Of a stretch of 64,000 bases of DNA, positions 26,258 through 35,016 are shown piece by piece. Position numbers and translations under genes: made by a program. Position 1 is the first letter of the stretch, and each line of letters begins with the position of its first letter. The DNA is taken from positions 26,262-90,261 of the forward strand of contig NZ_JBFJWS010000002.1 of the NCBI RefSeq assembly GCF_041623545.1. Direction: 5' to 3'. The stretch comes from Zhongshania sp. (GTDB lineage Bacteria; Pseudomonadota; Gammaproteobacteria; Pseudomonadales; Spongiibacteraceae). The notes beneath the pieces are model-generated. The model was not told where the DNA came from and searched no databases. It saw nothing but the letters and a program-made list of their open reading frames with translations.

Positions 26258-26294
26258 ATTGACCGTCAAGTTAATTTTGACTACCGTCTAATTT
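26258..26294. promoter_or_regulatory. Dual-box candidate TetR operator (TTGAC-C-GTCAA, then TTTGAC-N4-GTCTAA)
   Basis: ATTGACCGTCAAGTTAATTTTGACTACCGTCTAATTT. About 31 of 37 positions align, with four 1-nt gaps, to 34632-34671 upstream of TBDR-4. The orientation relative to the receptor gene is the same. Confidence 0.5.
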
Positions 26295-26465
26295 TTGCTG
26301 GCGCGGCCACAATCAATTGTTGCTAACCTCGCCACCCTTACCAGCCTATAGAACATCTCAACTGCGAGCATAGAAAACCCAAATAACCGCACACGCACAG
26401 GTGGCCAGTCAAACCGCTGGCGGAAAATACATTTAATTCCTTAAACCGATGGATAAACAAGACGC

Positions 26466-27080
26466 ATGGCCACAACCCGCCGCAGAGGAAAAAAAGACTC
26501 TAAAACCAGAATTAGGCTAATAGATGAAGCGTTAATATTGCTATCAGAAGACGGCATCAGCGCCCTCTCAGCACGAAATTTAGCGCAGCGCTTAGACCTT
26601 AGCTTTCAGATAGTGCATTACTACTTCAAATCAATGGACGACCTACTGATAGCCGTGATTGACCACTGCATGACTGGCTTGCTTACTATTCTGGAGGGTG
26701 CGATCGATTCCGATAACCCGCTGGAGACCTTGATTGAGCTCCATAAAGGGCAAGCGGCAGCGGCATTGAGCTTAGAATTTGAGATTTATGCTGGACGTAG
26801 ACCAGCCCTTCGTGAGCCAATCAAGCGTTATACAGACCTATTTCGGCAGGCCGAGTATGAGGCAGTATCGTGCCATTTAAAGAAACATAATATCGACAAG
26901 AACTTACCCCCACTCGCCGTAACGGTAATGCTTACAAGCGCATTCCGTGTCTTGGCGATAGAAAATGCCATAGGGGTCACCATGGGGCATAAAGAAACAC
27001 TGGCCTGGTTGAGTTCCCTGCTTAGCTTCCCAATTACGCATCCCGCAGAGCTGACGACAAATCCAGCGACAACGTCTTAA
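26466..27080 (+). CDS. TetR-family transcriptional regulator
   Basis: 204 aa. HTH region RLIDEALILLSEDGISALSARNLAQRLDLSFQIVHYYFKSMDDLL. Divergent from the tandem TBDRs. Confidence 0.85.
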   Translation: MATTRRRGKKDSKTRIRLIDEALILLSEDGISALSARNLAQRLDLSFQIVHYYFKSMDDLLIAVIDHCMTGLLTILEGAIDSDNPLETLIELHKGQAAAALSLEFEIYAGRRPALREPIKRYTDLFRQAEYEAVSCHLKKHNIDKNLPPLAVTVMLTSAFRVLAIENAIGVTMGHKETLAWLSSLLSFPITHPAELTTNPATTS

Positions 27081-27106
27081 ATCACTACTTTAAGGAACAT
27101 AGGAAC

Positions 27107-28048
27107 ATGCCAATACTCCCCCCACTCAAACCCATGTTTGATGCAATGAATTCGGCAGATATGGCTGACACAAATCAAACAATTGCAGAACGACGCGTCA
27201 TGATGGATACCATGGTTGAGCAGAGCTTTACTCAGCTGCAAATACCGCAAGCACCTTTAGCAGAAGAAAGGGACGTTCAAATCCCAGTGGCTGGAGGTGA
27301 GATTGCCCTACGTATTTACCGCGCAGCACCAAACGGTAAATCCAAGCCCTGCCATCTTTATTTTCATGGCGGCGGTTTTTGGATGGGCACCCTCGCACAG
27401 GGCGACTCGGCTTGCCGAGCCATTGCCCATGGCGCCGATTGCGTGGTGGTTTCGGTTGATTACCGGCTCGCTCCTGAATATAAATTCCCAACTGCGGCGG
27501 AAGACGCCTATGCAGCATTATTGTGGGTTACGGAGCACAGCGCCGCACTGAATATTGATGCGAGTAAAATTTCCGTGGGTGGTGGCAGCGCTGGCGGCAA
27601 TCTCGCCGCCGCTGTCGCACTTATGGCAAGGGATCGCTCAGGCCCGAAAATTGTTTCGCAGCTACTCGAAATTCCCGTAACGGACTTAAGCTCGGACAAG
27701 CTACTTGAATTCCCCGAGGAGGATTTAACGGTCGCTTCCGGAAAAACTCAGTACGGCGGCTTGTACTTAAGCACCAGCGTCGACGCCAGCAACCCCTACG
27801 CCTCGCCGCTGCTAGCCGACGATCTCAGCAATTTGCCGCCAGCGCTGATCATGACTGCGGAATACGACCCACTGCAGCCTGAAGGTGAGAAATATGCGCA
27901 GCGACTACAGCAGGCGGGTGTAGAAGTGGAATACAAATGCTGGGAAGGACAGTTTCATGGCTCGCAAGCCTTGTCTGCGCTGATCCCAGCAGAAGCAGCA
28001 GAGTACAGTGCGAAAATTATACAAGTGCTTCGTAAATACCAGAATTAA
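27107..28048 (+). CDS. Alpha/beta hydrolase, hormone-sensitive-lipase (family IV) type esterase
   Basis: Oxyanion motif HGGGFWMG and nucleophile elbow GGSAGGNLAA (a GxSxG variant). SD AGGAAC lies before the ATG. Confidence 0.85.
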   Translation: MPILPPLKPMFDAMNSADMADTNQTIAERRVMMDTMVEQSFTQLQIPQAPLAEERDVQIPVAGGEIALRIYRAAPNGKSKPCHLYFHGGGFWMGTLAQGDSACRAIAHGADCVVVSVDYRLAPEYKFPTAAEDAYAALLWVTEHSAALNIDASKISVGGGSAGGNLAAAVALMARDRSGPKIVSQLLEIPVTDLSSDKLLEFPEEDLTVASGKTQYGGLYLSTSVDASNPYASPLLADDLSNLPPALIMTAEYDPLQPEGEKYAQRLQQAGVEVEYKCWEGQFHGSQALSALIPAEAAEYSAKIIQVLRKYQN

Positions 28049-28161
28049 TATCAAACTGTTTGAGAGGAAATACACACCGCCTGCAAAACAGTGGGCGGTT
28101 TAGACAAAGTGAAAAGGCGTTCCGAGAGGCTGAAATTAGTCATTAGGACCGCTGATTTTAT

Positions 28162-29025
28162 TTAGTCTCTTCTGCGCCTCGCCCAATTCATCGCCTTGCT
28201 GATCAATAATTGGTATTCGGGATTACCGTAGGTCGCCGCCTGATGGCCAATAGCAGAATAAAACACGCGGCCTCGACCTAAGCTATGTCGCCATACTATA
28301 GGATGTTCGCCGTCCATGTGATCGTTTATGCCCATCCAATTTTCACCCTTGGTGATATAGGAGCTTTCATCCAGCGCTAACAAAATTTCATAGCCTTTAT
28401 CACGCGGGTTACTCGCAAAGGCGTACCATTCTTCGTTAGCTATCCGCCATGGACTACTTAAATGGGCGGTAATCGGCGACTCACTATCAGCAATATACAC
28501 ATCTGCATCCTGAAATTGCGGATTCAAGGTATGGCCAATAAATTGAGTACCGATTAGCGTATTTACAAACCAGGCCCAGTCATAGCTAAAATCGCCGCCA
28601 CTGGCATGTAAACCGACCCAGCCACCACCTTGCTCTAGCCAAATTTTAAGGGCCCTGCGCTGCGCAATAGTTAAAACATCGCCAGAGACATTATTCCAGA
28701 CCACAAGGTCGAACTGTTTCAGCATGTCCGCATTGTGAGATGCGGCGTTATTAGTAATAAACACATCCCAGCCCTGAGATTTGGCTATGCGCTTTAGCAT
28801 AGCGTCGGCAGCAGGAATGCCGTCCCTATGAATAAACCCATTAGTTTTATTCAATACCAGCACAGCAGGTCGACTCATAACAGAAAAAACCGGCGTAAGA
28901 GTTTCGTAGTCTTTGCGTGGAATTAGACCAGTTTCTTTTAGCTTTAAATAGCCAAAACTGAGCAAACCAAGTGTTACTAACAAGAATCCTAAGCCACCTA
29001 TTTTTAAATTTCTTTTCCAATTCAT
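28162..29025 (-). CDS. ThuA-domain protein with N-terminal signal anchor
   Basis: ThuA-like blocks GFIHRDGIPA, FDLVVWNN, GGGWVGLHASG, HPIVWRH..GRGRVFYSAIGH. Confidence 0.8.
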   Translation of the reverse strand: MNWKRNLKIGGLGFLLVTLGLLSFGYLKLKETGLIPRKDYETLTPVFSVMSRPAVLVLNKTNGFIHRDGIPAADAMLKRIAKSQGWDVFITNNAASHNADMLKQFDLVVWNNVSGDVLTIAQRRALKIWLEQGGGWVGLHASGGDFSYDWAWFVNTLIGTQFIGHTLNPQFQDADVYIADSESPITAHLSSPWRIANEEWYAFASNPRDKGYEILLALDESSYITKGENWMGINDHMDGEHPIVWRHSLGRGRVFYSAIGHQAATYGNPEYQLLISKAMNWARRRRD

Positions 29026-29037
29026 GGCAATTAACTC

Positions 29038-30750
29038 CTAAATTTTCCCTGCGCGCATTTGCTGCACAGCGTAATCACAGGCACGAGCTGTAAAGGCCAT
29101 GTAAGTAAGCGAAGGATTAACACAGGACGACGAGGCCATAAAAGAGCCGTCAGTAACAAATAAATTAGCGACATCATGGGCTTGATTATGTTTATTAAGG
29201 ACGGCCTGAGCCGGGTCATCACCCATTCTTGCCGTTCCCATTTCGTGAATACCAGAGCCCGGCACCGACAGTGTCTCGGTGTCACCAAATGGCATTGAAT
29301 ACGCCGCACCTGCGGCCTTCATTATTCGCTCGCCTTGTGTTTTGAGGTCTCTCGCCATCGCCTTTTCATTGTCACCCCAAGTGAAATCGAACACTACCTG
29401 GGGAATACCAAAACGATCTTTTTTAGTTTTGCTCAGATACACTCGGTTGCGCTTTTGCGGCAGACATTCACCGAACCCAGCTGCATAAAAAGTCCACGTG
29501 GGCGGAATACTGCTAAGTTGCATTTTTAAATCTGCGCCAAAGCCCTTATTGTTATAGCTCTCCATCCAATTACCGCTCATAAGTGCAGTCTGAAAGCCGT
29601 ATCCGCGAACAAAATTTGCGTCGTCATCCTGTTTTGCGACATTCCGAAAACGCGGTATATACAGTCCTGTGGGTCGATTTCCGTAATAATAGGAACCAGT
29701 GTTCTCACTAAAAATACCAGCGGCGCCAATACCCAGAAAATGATCCATTAAATAATTACCCAAAACGCCGCTGCTGTTAGCCAAGCCATTTGGAAATGCC
29801 TCGCTAGAAGAATTCATCAGCAGCTGAGTGGTCCCGACCGTAGATGCGCAAAGGAAAAATACTCGAGCGCTGTAGGCGCTACGCTTGCCGGTTTTTGCAT
29901 CGATCACATGTACTTTGCTAATTTTTCCAGTGTTCGCATCGTATGCAAGACGCTCAACGACGGAATCAGCCTTAAGCGTCAGATTTCCTGTCGCGCGCGC
30001 TGCCGGTAAGGTCGAGCTTTGGGAGCTAAAATAGCTGCCAGTAGAACAGCCATTCTCGCAGGGTCCGCAGTAATGGCAGGCGGATCGACCCGGCAGATTC
30101 TCTGTGAGAATGGCGGTTCGGGCGTTCGTTAGCGTAAGTTCAGGGGTATTTCTCTTTAACCGCTTAGCAATAGTTTTCTCAATTTCGAACCATTCCATTG
30201 GTTTCTGGAATTCGCCATCAGGCAATTGCGGCAAGCCTTCCTTACGACCATTTACTCCAATGAACTTCTCTACGTAACTATACCAGGGTGCGATATCACT
30301 GTAGTTAACAGGCCAAGGCGAGCCGTGACCATCCTTGGCATTAGCCAGAAAGTCCTGCTCACTCCAGCGGTAGGTTTGACGACCCCACATTAAGGAGCGC
30401 CCGCCCACTGCGCCACCTCGGTGCCAATCGAAGGGCTTTCCCTCCGTCATTGAGTAGGGATTCTCTTTGTCGTTGTTCCAAAACTGGGTATTAGCATTAC
30501 TAAAGGCATAGAGCTTACTTTGCACTTCGAACTGTTCGGCATCAGTCTTTCGGTCGGGCTTACCATTAAAGGGTAATTTCCAGCTCGGTGCATGTTCACC
30601 GAAATAGCCGGTACCGTGCTGTAAATCACGACCACGCTCTAGCACCAAAACTTTAAGGCCTTTTTCCGTTAGCTCTTTTGCCGCCCAGCCGCCAGTGATG
30701 CCAGAGCCTACGACAATGGCATCAAAATCATATTCTGTTACTGGAATCAT
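29038..30750 (-). CDS. GMC-family FAD-dependent oxidoreductase (large subunit)
   Basis: Rossmann motif FDAIVVGSGITGGWAAKEL. The ORF opens with TTG at 30783. ATGs are at 30756 and 30750; 30750 has the best GAGG spacing, so the start is uncertain by about 6-33 nt. Confidence 0.85.
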   Translation of the reverse strand: MIPVTEYDFDAIVVGSGITGGWAAKELTEKGLKVLVLERGRDLQHGTGYFGEHAPSWKLPFNGKPDRKTDAEQFEVQSKLYAFSNANTQFWNNDKENPYSMTEGKPFDWHRGGAVGGRSLMWGRQTYRWSEQDFLANAKDGHGSPWPVNYSDIAPWYSYVEKFIGVNGRKEGLPQLPDGEFQKPMEWFEIEKTIAKRLKRNTPELTLTNARTAILTENLPGRSACHYCGPCENGCSTGSYFSSQSSTLPAARATGNLTLKADSVVERLAYDANTGKISKVHVIDAKTGKRSAYSARVFFLCASTVGTTQLLMNSSSEAFPNGLANSSGVLGNYLMDHFLGIGAAGIFSENTGSYYYGNRPTGLYIPRFRNVAKQDDDANFVRGYGFQTALMSGNWMESYNNKGFGADLKMQLSSIPPTWTFYAAGFGECLPQKRNRVYLSKTKKDRFGIPQVVFDFTWGDNEKAMARDLKTQGERIMKAAGAAYSMPFGDTETLSVPGSGIHEMGTARMGDDPAQAVLNKHNQAHDVANLFVTDGSFMASSSCVNPSLTYMAFTARACDYAVQQMRAGKI

Positions 30751-30785
30751 TTTCATTTCCTCTATTTTCCTTGTCGCTGGCAAAC

Positions 30786-31412
30786 TTAACGATAGAAATT
30801 AAACGGTGCCCATGTGGCATCTTTTGCAGTACGGCGGTAATTACCGTCGAACTTCATTGGCATAGCGTTATAGCGCAAGACCTGAGTCGCGCCTACCTCA
30901 GACGTAAAGAACCCCCAAATGGTCAGCTCTTTGAGCTGACAAATAAACGGCGCGTCACTGATGAAGGCTCTTCGTACATTACCAGCTACATACCACGAGC
31001 TATCGGCCGCCTGTGCTTCTAGTGTTTCCAGTACCTGTAGCTGCTGTGCTTTTGACAAGCGTTCATAGGGCTTACCTAATTCTGTTGAAACTCGCGTGTC
31101 TAGGTCCCGCAAACCAGCCAGGAAAATGCCACGCTCCTGCTCGTTAAACCAATCTTGCACCATTAATTCAATGAATTGGCTAACATTGGCATCACTGGCG
31201 CCCGGTGTGTCAGTGCGGGGTATTATTATATCCGCTGCTGCGGTAATTATTTCGCGCTGCCTCTTACTAAATAGCTTCGCAGGACCTTTAGCGTAATCAT
31301 CCGCTGTCGCTAAATATTGCATCTGTACTGAGTTCAATCCCAATGCATTAGCAGAGGTCATAACTCCACCCACTAAAATAGCGGCACACTGCATTAATTC
31401 TCGTCGATTCAT
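30786..31412 (-). CDS. Gluconate 2-dehydrogenase subunit 3-family protein (Tat signal)
   Basis: 208 aa. Leader MNRRELMQCAAILVGGVMTSANALG. Sits directly upstream of the GMC gene, the standard small-subunit/large-subunit arrangement. Confidence 0.75.
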   Translation of the reverse strand: MNRRELMQCAAILVGGVMTSANALGLNSVQMQYLATADDYAKGPAKLFSKRQREIITAAADIIIPRTDTPGASDANVSQFIELMVQDWFNEQERGIFLAGLRDLDTRVSTELGKPYERLSKAQQLQVLETLEAQAADSSWYVAGNVRRAFISDAPFICQLKELTIWGFFTSEVGATQVLRYNAMPMKFDGNYRRTAKDATWAPFNFYR

Positions 31413-31496
31413 AGCATTAACCCCGTCACTAGCAAGACGCTGCGATATGCGCCACGCTAAAAAATTATTTATAAAGCTCTTTGCAAAAGCAAATTC

Positions 31497-32107
31497 CTAG
31501 GCCTTGACTATATCGCGAATGGCATTGCGACAAATAAAGTAGCCTTCGCCCAGCAAATGGAGCTCGTCATCACTAAAACCCATCGCGAATTGAGTCATCC
31601 GCTTTATCTAAAAATAGTGGGTAGCGATTTACCCAAGCGGCCTCGCCTGCTATATTTTTTTCAATCATCTCATTTAGCATTTCAATCTCAACTCCATAAC
31701 TCCCGCGCGAGGAAGCACACTTTGAACATAGATTTTCGTACTGGGCGATGTTGAATTAATTTTCATTACAATTTTATTAATATTTTCGACTGAGCTCCCT
31801 ATCATTAGTACCGATCAGTAAAAAATATTTTTAGGCATACCAGCAGCCACATCACCGGAAATGCCACGATTGCGCACTTCACTCCTAGGAAAGAGTTCTC
31901 CCCGTCAATGATTGAATCACCTAAAAATACAATATCCACATTACCAATGGCTAACAGTTCGAATTGCGAAGCCCAATGATCATAGCCAGGTTGAATCAAT
32001 TTCGCTAAGATCAATTTTTGGCCGCCCACTGCAGTTACTAACACAGTTAATAAAACCAATACCTTGGTGAAAACTGACAGCCCAATAAATAACCTATTAG
32101 TTTCCAT
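31497..32107 (-). pseudogene. SGNH/GDSL hydrolase pseudogene with multiple frameshifts
   Basis: All conserved SGNH blocks are present but lie in different frames of the minus strand. Block I: VDIVFLGDSIIDG (ORF 31805..32107). Block II: ELFPRSEVRNRGISGDVAAGMPKNIFY*. Block III: LLIGTNDRELSRKY*. Then VENINKIV..STKIYVQSVLPR...*, then EIEMLNEMIEKNIAGEAAWVNRYPLFLDKADDSIRDGF*. Block V: FSDDELHLLGEGYFICRNAIRDIVKA* (stop 31497-31499). Confidence 0.8.
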
Positions 32108-32176
32108 AACGCACGCACCATCATAATGTCTAGTTTCTTATGCTTTTAAACTTGCAGTTTTATACACTAAGGTTAC

Positions 32177-34540
32177 TTAAAAGCGCGCTTCCAAACTCAC
32201 ACCAAGTACTCGCGGCGGCAGTGGACTAAAATATGTTAGTGTGGGAGTTTCAGCACCTACCACAATAGGTGATAGCGAGCCGAAGAATACATCAGTATGG
32301 TTTTCTATATTTTCTGCAAAAGCATCTACCTTCCATGTCTGTAGTGGACTCGCCCAAGTCAAACGAATGTCGCTACTGACATAGCCTTCAATAAGGTCTT
32401 CTGGATTACCATAGCCGCGACGATATTGTTCCCCCCGCCACGATGTTTTGAGCTGCGGTGTAAGTGTGCCGTAGCCCTCAAATGAAAAGGTGTAACTTGC
32501 CAATATCGCAGCTGACGTTTTTGGCGCAGCTTGTAAATAAGCACCGGAAAAATCACCACGGGCGTCGTCGGTACACCCTAGGTCGGCTTGCTCTCTTGGC
32601 GCGCTAATATCGGTTCCACAAAATTCCCTATATCGAGAATCCAACCAACCTACACTTGCTTGCATATAGAACTCTGCACTTGGTGACCAGCGCATTTCTA
32701 GGTCGAGGCCTTTAATAATTGCGCTAGCGGCATTCTCGTCGATGTAGGCGGTTCCGGTTACTTGAGTAACTTGCAAATTAGTGTAGTCATAGTAATAAGC
32801 AGACATATTGAGCAAAAATTGGCTGTCAAAATACTCTCCTTTCCAACCTAGTTCCAGTGCGTCAATATGTTCAGCCTCCACCGGTTTTTGCGTTGTATTA
32901 CCATTCAGATCAGTGATTCGCTGTGCAAATCCTGGCCGGTATCCGCGGCCCCATTTTGCATACACTAAACGATCTTCGTCATAAAACCATCTTGCAGCTA
33001 TTTCACCCGTCGTTGCAGAAAACTTAGCAAGGCCATCAACTACATTACTATCGTTAGCCAACTCCAGGCTAAATGGCACATTTTGAACATGGGAGATGGT
33101 GGCAATATTTTGCCGGTTTTTGAGGGTCGGCTTGTCCCAGTTTTGTCTTATGCCAGCGGTAATTTCAACACCGCTCAAACCCAGCAGTTGATTCATATCA
33201 AAATCGAAGCTAGCGTAAGTCGCTAGGCTTTCATCTTCTCGATACGCTCCGATAAATTCAACCGCTAAACCCGTTAATACTGAGGGATTATTTGGCACCG
33301 TCGGCAGACCGAGATTATCCTGAGTCAAGTACACGCTAACGTTATAATTTGTATCAGTCTCTAAATAGCTGTTATACCAAAAAACGCCTGCTAACCAGTC
33401 TATTGCCTGTTCACTGGCCGATACAAAACGCAGCTCTGCGTTGCTGCGCTTGTCTAAGTTACTGTCGATTGAACCTTCTAATATCGCCGCTTCGGTGCCA
33501 TCAATGTCGATAATGGTTCGGAAATTTCGCCGTTGTTCCCCGCCGATGAGTACGACATCGACATCGCTAAGCAATGGAAGGTCTGTCAATGACCAAGTAA
33601 TGTCAGCTTCAAGCCGAGTGTATTTGTCGTAGGCGTCACCTAATCGCGAGGTGGGATTGGAGCGAACAATCTGGATGTCATCTGGTAAAGGTGCTGGGGA
33701 CCCCGCCTTTTCAAGTTCACCACCGCGTCGCGTCAGCAAACTCGGACTACCATAAGTAATACCTTGTCCGTTCATGCTTTCAAAGCGAACAGCTCGCAAT
33801 GACAGTTGCAGTGAGTCACTTGGCATACTTGATAAATACAGACGTACAAATTGGTCGTCAACCGAATAGGGATCGCTTTCATTGCTAGTGAAAAGATCAT
33901 CCAGACGACCGTCACTACGCCGTTTCATACCTGCCATTCGCCCTAGCAAACGTTCATCGCCCTCGCCGAAGAAGGGTATATTCACATAAAACTGAAATTG
34001 CTCTTCGGTCAGCGAAGACTGGCGGTAGTTACCGCCGACTCCCCACTCAGAAGCCGGCCTGGCCCATTTAACATTGATCGCACCACCGGTCGCGTTGCGG
34101 CCATATACTGTACCTGACGGGCCCCGTGTTATTTCAATATTGGCTAAGTCGTAAAAGGGTTCGCCGCGACTATCAATAAACACCCCATTGACATGCATCG
34201 CTACGGGCGAGGAGCCTGCAGCGCTAGTCTTGCTGAGTCCTCGAATCGAAATGGAATTTTCATCCTGCACTGTCATACTCGGAACAAGGTCTGCAAGATC
34301 TTGAAATTCTTGAATATTATTGTTCTGTAGATCGGTGCCCATGACAGCGGTGACGGCGCCAGAAACATCCTGAATAGATTCATCTCGCTTTGTAGCGGTG
34401 ACGATAACCTCTTCTAACGCATGATTGCTACGCTTTTTTGGAGTTACGTCGCTAGCGATGATCTGGGCCTGCACGCGCCCACCAATAAGTACGACAACGC
34501 ACGCAGCAGTGATGAGAATACCCGCATTTCTTTTAATCAT
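32177..34540 (-). CDS. TonB-dependent receptor (TBDR-4)
   Basis: 787 aa. Signal peptide; LEEVIVTATKRDESIQDVSGAVTAV; IEITRGPSGTVYGRNATGG; C-terminus VLGVSLEARF. Confidence 0.9.
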   Translation of the reverse strand: MIKRNAGILITAACVVVLIGGRVQAQIIASDVTPKKRSNHALEEVIVTATKRDESIQDVSGAVTAVMGTDLQNNNIQEFQDLADLVPSMTVQDENSISIRGLSKTSAAGSSPVAMHVNGVFIDSRGEPFYDLANIEITRGPSGTVYGRNATGGAINVKWARPASEWGVGGNYRQSSLTEEQFQFYVNIPFFGEGDERLLGRMAGMKRRSDGRLDDLFTSNESDPYSVDDQFVRLYLSSMPSDSLQLSLRAVRFESMNGQGITYGSPSLLTRRGGELEKAGSPAPLPDDIQIVRSNPTSRLGDAYDKYTRLEADITWSLTDLPLLSDVDVVLIGGEQRRNFRTIIDIDGTEAAILEGSIDSNLDKRSNAELRFVSASEQAIDWLAGVFWYNSYLETDTNYNVSVYLTQDNLGLPTVPNNPSVLTGLAVEFIGAYREDESLATYASFDFDMNQLLGLSGVEITAGIRQNWDKPTLKNRQNIATISHVQNVPFSLELANDSNVVDGLAKFSATTGEIAARWFYDEDRLVYAKWGRGYRPGFAQRITDLNGNTTQKPVEAEHIDALELGWKGEYFDSQFLLNMSAYYYDYTNLQVTQVTGTAYIDENAASAIIKGLDLEMRWSPSAEFYMQASVGWLDSRYREFCGTDISAPREQADLGCTDDARGDFSGAYLQAAPKTSAAILASYTFSFEGYGTLTPQLKTSWRGEQYRRGYGNPEDLIEGYVSSDIRLTWASPLQTWKVDAFAENIENHTDVFFGSLSPIVVGAETPTLTYFSPLPPRVLGVSLEARF

Positions 34541-34631
34541 TATTACCTCTGCTAGAGAGAAAGCTTTATTATTTTTAATGCATTAACTTAGAGCCAATAC
34601 ATTACTGCTTAGACTACTATCTCTTATTTAA

Positions 34632-34671
34632 TTTGAGTCGTCAATTAAATATTTGACAGCTGTCTAATATT
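34632..34671. promoter_or_regulatory. Dual-box candidate operator (homologous to 26258-26294)
   Basis: TTTGAGTCGTCAATTAAATATTTGACAGCTGTCTAATATT, 92-131 nt upstream of the TBDR-4 start. A perfect 12-bp palindrome, TTAATGCATTAA, lies at 34575-34586. Confidence 0.5.
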
Positions 34672-35016
34672 ATTTCGCGCGACGAAAATAAGTCTTATTT
34701 TGCGGGTATACATCGGATTGAGCCCACCACAAAAGCAGAACCGTCAAAAGCTTTGACAATAAAGTTAGTTGTAAGTACCTAGCAGTAGACGAGATTGGAG
34801 ATTTTCAATCAAAAACGCTAACCGCTCTATACTTCTTAGTACTCCGAGCACAAACCAGTTACCTTATAATGATTATTATGAACTGAAGTGTCACCTAGGC
34901 AGATAATAGTAGGTCAAAGCGAAGCAGCGCTTTCTCAGAGATCTCACATCGCGATTGGCAAGCGATTTTGCAAATCACCACCGCCACTAGAATGCAGTTT
35001 TAACTTTCAAAACTAC

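Noticed and set aside
29031-29309. 92-aa minus-strand ORF overlapping the 3' end of the GMC oxidoreductase gene
   Set aside because: An alternative frame of the same strand inside a well-supported 570-aa gene, with an Arg/Leu-rich translation.
31557-31754. 65-aa plus-strand ORF
   Set aside because: Lies on the opposite strand of the frameshifted SGNH pseudogene, whose conserved blocks account for the sequence.
34541-35016. Possible cobalamin or other riboswitch in the long leader of TBDR-4 (a GCCACT-like string near 34982)
   Set aside because: The string is on the wrong strand for the receptor mRNA and about 440 nt from the start codon. No B12-box or surrounding conserved helices could be traced. 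The region is better explained by operator and promoter elements.
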